Shown here: piece after piece, positions 30,796 to 41,528 of the stretch
How the letters are laid out: each line of letters opens with the position of its first letter
How positions within the stretch are numbered: the first letter of the stretch is position 1
Source: Reclinomonas americana ATCC 50394
Taxonomy: Eukaryota
Direction: 5' to 3'
Length of the DNA: 64,000 nucleotides
NCBI GenBank assembly: GCA_048213135.1
Contig: PS015022.1
Coordinates: 128,638 to 192,637, forward strand
Translations under genes and position numbers: made by a program
The notes under the pieces: model-generated
The model's input: only the letters and a program-made list of their open reading frames with translations
What the model was told of the DNA's origin: nothing
Databases searched by the model: none

Positions 30796-31687
30796 ATGGC
30801 GGGCGTGGGCGACGTTCATGCGTTTGGTTCGCTGACGAAGCAGCTGCAGGAGGACTTTGAACGAGAAGCGCGGAGGAAGCAGGTGCGTGTGTGTGTTCTT
30901 TGCCAAGTCCACAGTCGGCATTTTGCTGACGACACTCCATCAGTACTTGGAAGACAAGATCGAGGTCACCTCTGCGGAGCGCTTCGAGTGCCAGCGATTG
31001 CGACAGAACGTGCGCGCATGCACACACACACGCACACGCACGAGAGAGAGAGAGAGTTTGATTGACACATTCGTGTGCGATGCAGAACTACTCATTGGCG
31101 TTTGCACTCAACACCGAGTACCAACGCGAGGCGGTGTACACGGACCGTCTCAAGTCGCTGCTCGTGGGACTCATCAACGAGAGATTGCCGACAGAGGTTT
31201 GCATTGTGCCAGCGTGGTGAAAGGTCAAAGTTGATGTGCCCAACTGTCGCGCACATGCACAGCGGCGCAAGGTGATTCGTGCACGCATGGAGGCGGCAGA
31301 GGAGGTCAGCATGGATGCCGTGAGGAGTTTTGTGCAGGTGAGAGACTGCGTGGATCGGGGGGAAAGGTGTTTTGTACGCTTTGTGTTGACACTGCACAAA
31401 ACAAGGTCGGCGCGCACACGCTGTTGGACTCGGACGTGAAACCGTTTGCCACCGAAGACCGAAGAGTGGAGGAGAGCGTCGGCGAGGACGGCTCCAAGAT
31501 CGTGGTCACCGATCCGGCGGTGCTGGTCGAGCGTGCAGTGGAGGCCGGACGGCGGCGACCCGTGACTGCTCCGACTGTCACGGCGGCGGCAAGTGGATGG
31601 CCATCGTCGCCACCTGTGCAGGCAGTGACGGCGATGCAGGTCGGCGACGAGGACGATGATAGCGATGTAATAGTCATGGATGAGTGA
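30796..31687 (+). CDS. Small hypothetical coiled-coil protein
   Basis: MAGVGDVHAFGSLTKQLQEDFEREARRKQ|YLEDKIEV...RRKVIRARMEAAEE...DVIVMDE*. Five exons with phase-0 introns. Confidence 0.65.
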
Positions 31688-31754
31688 ATGAGGCAATACA
31701 AGGCGGAGTGCACTCCGATGGTGTCTACAACTTCTTACATTCTTTCTTGTCGCT

Positions 31755-34052
31755 ATGAGCCAAAGTATGCAGCACCAGTCCATCTGCATATATGTGTGTG
31801 TGCACAGAAAGCTCACTGCCTGTGTCTTCAATACAGCTGCGAGTCCATTCCATCGAGGCGAGCGCGAGATCCAGGAACGCTGTGGTGTGCGTGATCGGAT
31901 CGAGCGCATGGGCCGGCGCTTCATTCAGCGCTTCATGCCCGACGAGCATCGCGAGTTCTACGAGCAGATGCCGTTTCTGGTGGTGAGCAGTGTGGACGCG
32001 GAGAGCGGACAGCCGTGGGCCTCGATTGTGACGGGTCGGCCGCCGGATTTCGTGCGATCACCCGACCCGACCACGCTGGTGATCACCACTCCGCATCCGG
32101 CCGAGGGCGATCCGCTGCGTGAGAACCTGCGTGTGGGTGCGCCACTCGGCATCCTCGGCATCGAGCTGGCCACGCGCCGTCGCAACCGCATCAATGGTCG
32201 CGTGACGGCGCTGGAGGAAATCGGTGTGTTCGCATTGCCGGCGCGGGCGCGCAAGGAGCAAGACAAGCGACCGCGTCTGCGCATCACCGTGCAAGTGGAA
32301 CAGGCGTTCGGCAACTGCCCGCAGTACATCCAGGGCCGCGACTGGCAGTTCATCGACGACGGGCAACCGGCCGACGAGCAACTGTACCACCACGACCCGC
32401 CGCTGGTGGCTGCCTCACTGAATGCGCGCGATCGCGAGCTGCTGGCGGCGTGCGACACGTTCTTCATCGGCAGCGTGTGTGCCGACGACGCAGAGGCGGT
32501 GCCGTCGGCGCGCGGTGCCGATGCCGCCCACCGCGGCGGCAAGCCGGGCTTTGTGCACGTGGACGAGTCGGGCACGGTGATCACCACGCCGGATTTCGTC
32601 GGCAACTTCATGTTCAACACTCTCGGCAACCTGCTGTTGGAGAAGCGTGCCGGCCTGCTCTTCCTCGACTTTGAGCGGGGCGACGTGCTCTTCGTGGCCG
32701 CCACGTCGGAGATCATTTGGGATTCGCCCGAGGTGAAGGCGTTTGTCGGCGCACAGCGCCTCGTGCGCTTCCACGTGACCGAGGTGCGACGAGTGGACCG
32801 CGCCCTCGACCTGGTGTGGCCGACAGCGCCCGACTTCTCGCCCGTCCTCGCCGAGACCGGCACGTGGGAGGATGCGGAACGTGCGCTGCATGCGGAGCGC
32901 ATGCGTACCACCTGGCGCCCCTTCACCGTGGTCGACGTGCAGCACGAGTCGTCCACGGTGCGCTCGTTCTATCTGCAGCCGGCCGACGCGGACGCGGCGC
33001 AGCTGGGTGTGGCACCGTTTGAGGCTGGTCAGTACCTGCCCATCCGCGTGCCAGTGTCGCTGCCCGACACGCCGTTCTTTGTGCGCACGTACACGCTGTC
33101 GGACGCGCCGAATGGTCGCACCTACCGCATCAGTGTGCGCCGTGACGGCGTCGCCTCGCAGTGGCTGCACGATTCGTGCGCGATTGGCACTACGCTGGAC
33201 GTGTTGGCGCCGCGTGGCGACTTTGTGGTGTCGCCGTCGACGGCCACTCGCCCACTGGTGCTGGTGTCGGCCGGCATTGGCATCACACCGATGGTTGCCA
33301 TTCTCAACAGCCTCCTGGTCAACGAGGGTCGCTCGCGTCACCACAGTGCCATCATCTTCATTCACGGGGCGCGCAACAGCGACGAGCAGGCCTTTGCGGA
33401 GCTGCTGCGCGACAAGGCGGCCTTCAACAGTAATCTGCTGCTTTTCACCTCCTTTAGCCAGCCGCTTGCCGGTCGCGACGTGCTCGGCCGCACGCACAAC
33501 GCCGTCGGCCACGTGACCATTGACACGGTCACCTTCGTGCTGTCGCGTCTCGGCCTCAAGGGCGCGGCGACCGCCGACGCCGAGTACTTTGTGTGTGGAC
33601 CGATGGCATTCATGGCGTCGCTGGTCGACGGCCTCCGCCAGCAACTCGCCGTGCCCGACGAGCGCATTCACCACGAGGCTTTCCACTTCACCGACGTGCC
33701 ACCGCAACTCAAGCAGCGCCACAAGAAGCCGCGATCGGCGCCGGCCTTGCCAGACATTGAGGAGGCGCCGGTCATCTTCCGCCGCTCCAACAAGCAGGCC
33801 GTCTGGCGTGCCGCCGCCACTGGCGCCGCGGAGGGCGACGAGAGCAGCAGCAACTCGCTGCTGGACTTGGCCGAGGCTAACGGCCTCCAGCCGGCGTACA
33901 GTTGTCGCACTGGTCTGTGCGGCACATGTGCTGTGCGTCTGCTGTGCGGCTCTGTGCACTATGGAGCCGACCCGCCGCTGGCACAACCGGCCGACGGCGA
34001 AGTGCTCATTTGCTGTGCACAGCCGGCTGAGCCGGTGGAGCTTGACTTGTAA
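31755..34052 (+). CDS. Pyridoxamine-5'-phosphate-oxidase-like FMN-binding domains + FNR-type FAD/NAD reductase + C-terminal 2Fe-2S ferredoxin
   Basis: SPFHRGEREIQ, TRRRNRING, FGNCPQYIQ, AHRGGKPGFV, GNFMFNTLGNL; RTYTLS, GVASQWLH, SAGIGITP, VCGPMAFM; CRTGLCGTC...LICC. There is a single likely 72-nt intron at 31765-31836. Confidence 0.9.
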   Translation: MSQSMQHQSICIYVCVHRKLTACVFNTAASPFHRGEREIQERCGVRDRIERMGRRFIQRFMPDEHREFYEQMPFLVVSSVDAESGQPWASIVTGRPPDFVRSPDPTTLVITTPHPAEGDPLRENLRVGAPLGILGIELATRRRNRINGRVTALEEIGVFALPARARKEQDKRPRLRITVQVEQAFGNCPQYIQGRDWQFIDDGQPADEQLYHHDPPLVAASLNARDRELLAACDTFFIGSVCADDAEAVPSARGADAAHRGGKPGFVHVDESGTVITTPDFVGNFMFNTLGNLLLEKRAGLLFLDFERGDVLFVAATSEIIWDSPEVKAFVGAQRLVRFHVTEVRRVDRALDLVWPTAPDFSPVLAETGTWEDAERALHAERMRTTWRPFTVVDVQHESSTVRSFYLQPADADAAQLGVAPFEAGQYLPIRVPVSLPDTPFFVRTYTLSDAPNGRTYRISVRRDGVASQWLHDSCAIGTTLDVLAPRGDFVVSPSTATRPLVLVSAGIGITPMVAILNSLLVNEGRSRHHSAIIFIHGARNSDEQAFAELLRDKAAFNSNLLLFTSFSQPLAGRDVLGRTHNAVGHVTIDTVTFVLSRLGLKGAATADAEYFVCGPMAFMASLVDGLRQQLAVPDERIHHEAFHFTDVPPQLKQRHKKPRSAPALPDIEEAPVIFRRSNKQAVWRAAATGAAEGDESSSNSLLDLAEANGLQPAYSCRTGLCGTCAVRLLCGSVHYGADPPLAQPADGEVLICCAQPAEPVELDL

Positions 34053-34140
34053 TGAGCGCGAGAAAAAAAAGAGGCGAGGTTCCAAGATGAAATGCACTCT
34101 CTCACACATCAGTCCACATGAATTTTGCCGATCGATCAGT

Positions 34141-34148
34141 TCCCACAA
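34141..34148 (+). promoter_or_regulatory. Candidate snRNA upstream sequence element TCCCACAA (DUSE/USE-like)
   Basis: It starts 63 nt upstream of the U2 5' end, fits the Dictyostelium DUSE consensus WCCCAYAA and resembles the plant USE core TCCCACA. Confidence 0.55.
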
Positions 34149-34203
34149 CCGATTGCATGCACTGCGCGGGGGTGACCCCCGCCGACCGATCCCATTGCAA
34201 CTC

Positions 34204-34360
34204 ATACCTCTCGGCCTTAATGGCTTTGATCAAGTGTAGTATCTGTTCTATCTAGATTGACATCTAGATGCCGTACTATGTACGGTGTAATGTCAATTTA
34301 ATTTCTCGAGGGGGCCTCGTCCTCACATGGGTTCGCTTGCGTTCCCGAGGCGAGGCAAAG
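34204..34360 (+). ncRNA. U2: U2 spliceosomal snRNA
   Basis: ATACCTCTCGGCCTTAATGGCTTTGATCAAGTGTAGTATCTGTTCT, with branch-recognition GTAGTA at 34236-34241. Stem IIa is ATCTAG/CTAGAT. Its loop ATTGACAT is complementary to ATGTCAAT at 34290-34297 (IIc). Stem IIb is GCCGTAC/GTACGGT. A 3' hairpin spans 34314-34356. The 3' end is approximate. Confidence 0.95.
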
Positions 34361-34489
34361 TGTTCCTCTTCTTGCACAACCGAGAGGATACGCTTTCCCC
34401 CCCCCACTTATTGGACTAAGAAAAAGAAAAATCAAAGAAGGAAAGAAAGGGACAACTCAACTTGTCTCTCATCTCTTTCTCTGCGCGTG

Positions 34490-35723
34490 ATGCTGATTGA
34501 GGAGGCACGCCAGTTTGCTAGCGGCCGCTCGCCGTCAGTGGTCGATGTGGCCGTGTCACAGACGCACCCTCCGTTGTTGGTGACGGCGACTGGCGACGGA
34601 CCTGCAAGTGTGTTTGACGCCAACACTGGCCGACAACTGTGCACTCTGCGTCTGCGCTTCGATGCTGTCGCCGCAGTGGCGTTTGTGCCGCGCCAGCCTG
34701 CCAAGCTGGTGAGCGGCGGAGGATCGGCATTGGCGCTGTGGGACTTGTCGTCGTGTGTCGCTGGTGGTGGTGCTCCGCAAATGGCGTGGCTCAGTGCCGG
34801 CCACGTGCGTGATGTGTCGCTGGTGGAGGTGGCGAGCGACGGCTCATTCGTGCTGAGCAGCTGCGGTGTTGATCACACAATCTATTTGTGGCACGGAGAC
34901 AGTGGCGAGTTGGTGGGCACGTTGCGTGGTCACACCAACCGTGTGATTGGGGTGGTGCTGGTGGCCGACGATCGGCTGCTGGTGTCGGCCGCGATGGCGG
35001 AGACCGGCACCGTGCGTCTGTGGCGTCCCGACACTGGCGAATGCATTGGCACAGTGGAGACTCGGGCGGCTGTGTGGGGTCTGGCAGTGTCGCCCGACAA
35101 GCGCACGGTGGTGACTGCGCACGTGGACGGTCACGTGTGCACGTGGCGTGTGAATACGACGGTGCAGGGACAAGAGGTGGACGGAAAACAGAGACCGGCG
35201 CGGTTGCTGAGCATGCAGAACGACTGGGTCGCACACCGGTACTGGGTGCGCGCCGTGTGCTTCACGCCCGACGGCAGGCACGTGGTCAGTGCATCGGTGC
35301 AGGGCTCGGTGGCGGTGCATCATGCAGTCCGCGGCACAGAGGTGGCCACCATGGTCGGCCACACCACACGCGTGAACGCGCTGGCGGTGCTGCACGACGG
35401 CCGTGTGGTCAGTGCGGCCGCCGACAAGACCGCACGCCTCTGGCAACTCGGTTCGTGTGTGTGTATTGGCAGAAGTGACGCACGCACACAACAGTTCCAC
35501 TGAATGCCTGCCTCCGGCCGCAGGTCCGTGGAGCTCGCGGTGGAACATGGAGCGCGAGGTCAGGGCAGTGCGTGGTGCACTGGATTCGTTGCGCCAAATG
35601 CCGGAGGCGTACGCGGAGGAGCTAGAGGGCTACGAGGCGCTGCCGCAGCTGGTTCTGCGGTGCTTCATTCTCGAGGAGGCTGACTTGGTGCACATGCGGT
35701 ACTGCTGGATGGAGATGGAGTGA
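34490..35723 (+). CDS. WD40-repeat protein
   Basis: GHVRDV, GHTNRV...VRLWR, AHRYWVRAVCFTPDG, GHTTRVNAL...DKTARLW. One intron at about 35451-35523. Confidence 0.85.
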
Positions 35724-35761
35724 GTGCGCCGTCACCAACGATATCCTGCTGCACCCGTGAG

Positions 35762-38700
35762 CTAAACATGGTTTTCATTAGGTGATACACAGATGGAGAT
35801 TACAAAAGTGAGCGCCGTCGGCTGTGATGCGGTCGCAGAGCCACGGCGCTGTCGGGATCTTTCAGTCTGTTGCGCACGCGCGTATGGGTCAGCCTGTCGG
35901 TGGTACGCGCCGCACGAAGACAACTGCACGCAACTGGGAGGACCACAGGCGCCTCTCGGTGAGGTACTCGCGAATCTGTGCGGCTGTCGGCCGCTTCGCT
36001 GGGTCCACTGTGGCCGTGCACAGTGAGATACACGTGTGGTCGGTGCGGGGCGTGCGACAGCAAGTGCACACACGTACCCGCCAGCATTCGGTGAACAATC
36101 ACGCGCAGCGCTTCGCTGCAGTCGTGCTCGGTCAGTGGGCGATACTTGCCCTCAGTGATGGCCCTGCGTGATATGGTGTTTGTTGTCAGTAACACTGGTG
36201 CCTGTGTCGTTGTTATTCATGGCATGCGTCGCACGAAACTTGATGAGCGCCGGCATGCCCTTGCTCTGTGTGCCCGTCGAGCGGTACAAGAACGGGTGAT
36301 TGAGCGTGATGAGCTCGTACACCAGGCATCCGCACGACCAAATGTCGGCCTGCACAACGACGCAGTGAGACCACACTTCACCATCTCTCAGCATGATTCG
36401 GCCAGCGCGCACTCACCGGTGGTCCAGCCACATCGTCGTTCCACACCTCCGGGGCAATGTACGGCGGCGTGCCCACAGCCTGCGTGCGAGTCACCATCAC
36501 CGTCGACTCCATGGTCTTGGCCAGGCCGAAATCGGCCAGCTTCACATCCACCCCGTAGCCGCCGCGCTCAGTGAGAAGCACATTATCCGGCTGCAGATGC
36601 CAATAAGTCATGGAATACGCGCGCACAGCGTCATCGTCACAGACGAACACGAACACGAGTCGCACCTTCAAGTCACGATGCACAATGCCCGACTCATGGC
36701 ACAACTGCAGCGCCGAGATGCAGCGAGAAAAGACAAACAAGATCTCGTCCTCCGGGATCCTGCGTCTGCAGTATGCATGCACAGGTCAATCTTCACGCGT
36801 AGTACGGACACGGCACCCGTGTTGTGGCGGCACAGACGCACCTTTGTCGCTTCATGTCGTCGATCTTGTCGCCGAGAGAGCCGCCATCACACAGCTCCAG
36901 CACGAGAGTGGCCTTGCTTCGCGGTTGTCTGCAGAACCGCGCGCCACAGTGAGATGCCGTTGCTGGTCACACCAATGTGTGTGATTGCACATCATTGCGA
37001 CAAACCTCGATGACTCGGAATCCGCCTCCTGCACCCACCAGTCACAGATGCGCACCACGTTGCGGTGGTCGACCTTGCGCAGCGCCTTGATCTCGCGTCG
37101 AATCTGCCGGCGTTCACGAGCATCGTTGGAGGCAAAGAATACAGTTTTCATGGCAAACTCCTGCGCGCATACATGTCAGTCGTGTGGCCAATGTACAACA
37201 GAGGAAGTTAAAATAAATCACGAGCCTCTCCGTCGGACTTGCGGACGACCTTGTCGACCCGACCAAAGCCACCCTCGCCGAGGAACCCAATTGCCTTGTA
37301 CTGGCTCGACGGTGCTGCGTGGTGATGCACCGTGTGAGACACCATTTGCAGAAGAGCAGAATGGACGCGCTGCTTCGCACCGAGATCTTCGGCTTGTTTC
37401 TCGGGCGACGGTGAGCGATCGGTCGCAGTGCTTCGGCTGGAACTCGTTGTGCGATCTGCATCACAGATGAATGTGAGAAACAACAGCACACACACTTCTC
37501 TCCCTCTCCCGTGCAACGCACTGCTTCCACGCCGGTCGCTGCTCGAGTCCGCAACCACGGTCGGTGTGCCCGAGGTGCCCGACGATGAACCGTGACCGGT
37601 GTGCGAACGGCCGGCACTGCTGTCGATGGAGCCTGACGCCGACGACGCGGAGACGCGCTGTGTATCGGAGGAAGAATTTGAGGTCGGCAGTGCGGATGCA
37701 GTCGGCGTAGGCGGCGCCGCCATGACGGCAGCGGCTGTGACAGTGGGAGCGCGGAACGAGACGGCGTCGAGGGCGGGAATATCGGGATGCACAGCGCAGT
37801 CCTTGACCCACAGCTCCACGCGATGACGTCGTCCCGGGCAAAGACAGCCGAGAAATGTGGCCGACTCCTCAGTGGCCGCAAACTCTCCCAGCACCGTCGA
37901 CGACACCTCTTCGGCGGCGGCGGCGGCATTCTCTGCACGCCGATCGTCGGTGTGGCGACGAACCACCAGTCGGCACTCCAGCTGCAAGGAAACCAGGGAC
38001 GGCATTGCCCAGGGAGCATGCGCGCGCACCGACTGGACCACGGAAGCAAACTGGATGTGCAAGTGTGAGCGGATCACACCACAGCGGGAGCAACACACAC
38101 TCGCGTAGACTGTACCTGCCACGTGAGCGTGAAGTTGTTTTGCCACGTGCGCGCCACGGTGGCATGCAACGGGGCATTGTCTTCAGGCACATCGACTTTT
38201 TCCCAGTCACCGGGTATCCACTGATGCCCGCTGCCGCTGCTTGCTGGCGACCCGCGCGTGGCCTCCAGTCGCAGCAAATGACGCCCGGCCGGCAGACCAA
38301 ACAGCACAAAACCGAATCGCCCAGGCTCGCCGGCTCGCAGAAACTCGACGTGCTGCAACACTGCATGATTGACACAAAGAAGGAGGCGGATGAGACGAAA
38401 TGAAAGAGAAAAAGAGGAAGAGATGTGCGTGCTGGCAACAAACCGCCCGGATCGCCTGGGCCACGATGGATCAGGCGCAATTCCACATCCGACGGCAGCG
38501 GGTACTTTCGCTGATCCCAGCAGAATGCGGCGCACACAGAGACCGGTCCGACGCCGCGCACCAGCTGCAACTTGGGGAGAATCAGTGGAGGCTCCACGGC
38601 CGGGATTTCGAGGGGTGGCATTGGCGCCGCCGCTGTTGGGATCAAGAGACAATGTGAGTGCCAGAGAGTGCGCGTGTGAGAGAGACCAACACGTACCTGC

Positions 38701-41013
38701 TGCGCTGCCGCGACGAGCAGAAGTCGGCGTGCCAGAGGGCGATAATCTCAAGTGCCTCTCGACCGTTGTTGACACCAGTGAGACAGCAATGGGCTGCAAC
38801 AGTGCGGTAGTCGATGGCGGTGGAGCCAGTGGTGGCTGCAGTGGTGGCGGTGTGGCGGGCGGCGTCGTTGGCGGAGACATGGCTCTGGTCACAGGCTGGT
38901 GCTCTGCCGCAGCGACACCCGTGCGCACGAGCGACAGCCGATACACCTTCACGGTGTGGTCAAAGGCACCCGTGGCCACTCGCGTGCCACACGGACTCCA
39001 GCACACAGACACCACTGGCCCGCTGTGATCGCCAACCGTGCGCACACACTCGCCATTGGCGACACGATGAACTCGCACGGTCTTGTCGTAGCTCGCCGAG
39101 GCCACAAACACATCGGCGTCTGTCGTCAGCACCGCAACGTCGTTCACCGTCTCCGTGTGCGACCGAATCTTGCGCACGCAGCGACCCGACTCCACGTCCC
39201 ACACGCGAATGGTCTTGTCGGCCGACGACGACGCCAGCGAGAGAGATCCAGTCGAGCGCGACAGCGACCACGAAACCGAGAAAGCAGCCGCACGGTGACC
39301 GCGCAGCGACAGCAGCAGCTCCGGTTGGTGTGCCGCAGAGGTACTGGCCAGCAGCGCCGGCGACAGCTGCCACACGCGAACGGCACCATCAGCACACGCA
39401 GCCGCCAGCAGGAATTTCCCGTCGGAGGCCGGAGCCGGGCTAAAGGCCACTCGCGACACTTCACCGGCGTTGGGCGACAGCACCGACACGCAGCGACGGT
39501 GCGCCACCGACCACAAACGCACGGTCGAGTCGCGTGAGCCACTGGCCAGCAAGTCGTACTCTCCCAGCACTGCCACGCCCCACACCGGCGACGTGTGACC
39601 CTCAAACACCACTGGGTGTGCCAACGACGGAGCCGCGTCGCTGCCCTTGGCGGCTGCCGACAGTACCGACTGCACATTCCACAAGCGCAGGCCGCCCTCG
39701 CCGCTGCCGGAGATCACCTGCTGACCATCCGAGTGCCAACACACGGTGAGGACCTCGGCCGGGTGCGGCAACACGGCGAGCGCTCGAGTGGCGGAGCGCG
39801 TCGAGAGGCGCCATATTCGCACCGTGTTGTCCCACGACGCGGAGGCAAGAACATCCGAATCGTGCGGATTGAATGCCACCTGACACACCCATCCTTCGTG
39901 ACCGACGCCGGCCCACAACATGCGCTCCGTCGACTCATTGTCGGAGGGCGCCCACTGCGGTGACGGTGGCGCAGCATTCACCGAGCCCGCAGTACGAGTT
40001 GCGCTGGTGGATGTGCTGTTCGTACTCGGTGTGGAGGCCGAGGTCCCAACCGCATGCGCCCCGGCGTCCAGCGATGCCGTGCGACGAGGTGATCCCTGTA
40101 AACTGCGCGTCGGCCGATCGTGTGCGGGACTAATGTGCGGGGTGGTGGCAGCACTGCGTGATGGCCTCCGTCGGTGCCCGCTCCTCTGCTGTGCGTGATC
40201 GGCGCAGGTGAGAGGCGGCCGGAGCGACTTGGAGAGGCAGACGAAGCAACTCACCGGCGTCTCGCCCTGCTGCCCCGTCTCCTGCTTCTCCTGCTGCTTC
40301 TCCTGCTGCTTCTCCTGCTGCTGTTGATGTCTGTCGGTCAATCTCCGTGCACTCGGCCGGTCCAGCACAACGCCATCGGTGGCCGACCTCTTGTGCGGCG
40401 AAACAGAGAGACCACGCGAGCCAGCCGTCGCGTGTGGGCCAGGCGACACTGAATTGCTGACACCCAACAGACCGCCCGCACCACGACCACCACTGCCAGC
40501 ACTGCGAGTGTATGCTGGCGACGAGGGACTGCCCAAATCGCGCAGTGGCGGCGACGAGGCGGCCATGTGGGAGCGCGACGTCTGGATGTGCAGCTCGGGT
40601 GGCGTGTCGCGCGAGTGACGCGGTCCACGAGCCGACTGCACCTGTCTCTCCTCACCACCGCCGCCGCCACTACCACCACCGCCACTACCACCACCAGCGC
40701 TACCGTGACCACCGCCACCACCGCCACTGCTGCGCTCGCGGCTGTGACCGCCTCCTCGACCACCACTTGTCGCCTTTCGACTGCCGGCACTGCTGCTGCT
40801 GTTGCGCCCGGGAGACCATCGTGGTGGAGTGCGCGACCGGCCCAGCATCAGGTCCGAGCTCAGTGCATCCAGTGGTAGCATGCGTGGTGGCGTCTGCAGG
40901 CCGCCGTGTGGACGAGGTGCGGCCTCTCGTGATCGTGAGCGTGCCCGTTGTTGTTGATGTGTCGGTGAGGCGGGCGGCCGATCACCTGCCCGCCGAGACG
41001 GTGACAGCGCCAT
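35762..41013 (-). CDS. Disordered N-terminus + WD40 propeller + beta-rich linker + C-terminal NEK-like Ser/Thr kinase
   Basis: WD40s GHEGWV...SWDNTVRIW, GHTSPVWG...DSTVRLW, GHRAA...DKTIRVWD. Kinase motifs LGEGGFGRV, FAMK, LELCDGGSL, IVHRDLK|PDN, LADFGLAK, GTPPYIAPE, ADIWSCGC. Introns between the WD40 and kinase parts are phase-compatible. Confidence 0.82.
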
Positions 41014-41528
41014 GCTGGCTTCTACACCCCTGCTGGTGTGGAGGGAATGAGAGAACAGCGAGAAGGAGAGAAGAGGTGTGCGTATTTCAAGCGATTCACA
41101 ACGGTGGATGCACTCTCCCACACTGACTATAATGGCAATATCCAATGTCCACAACACACGGAGCGAGAACAAGACACACGCGAGTGGTGACTGCCAGTCA
41201 AAGGAGAGTGCGAGTACACGTGCCGTGGATGATATGACGAAAAACCATCGGGACTCCCTTTGCCAAAGTGCCAAACAGCACACAGACTGTCTCAAAAAAA
41301 TATGCGACAAGCAATCAATCACTCACTCACCCGCACGGCTGCCCGGCTTGCTGCCTACTCCGTTGCACACACGCGCAGACACACAGAGGGAGAGCGCACT
41401 CACACAAACGCACAGAAACGCTGTTTGCCCGCTGGACAGTGCTGCTCGAGCTGTCCCGGGACAGATGATCGTAAACTTGGGACCGATCTCATTCGCGACA
41501 CACAGACACGCACGCACGCACGTATCGA

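Noticed and set aside
31755-34052. Bacterial contamination as the source of the oxidoreductase
   Set aside because: It has a host-like intron and sits directly between a spliced gene and U2, with no operon context.
31958-34205. Long antisense ORFs (332 aa, 596 aa) and similar shadow ORFs elsewhere
   Set aside because: They are expected shadows of GC3-rich coding sequence and show no motifs.
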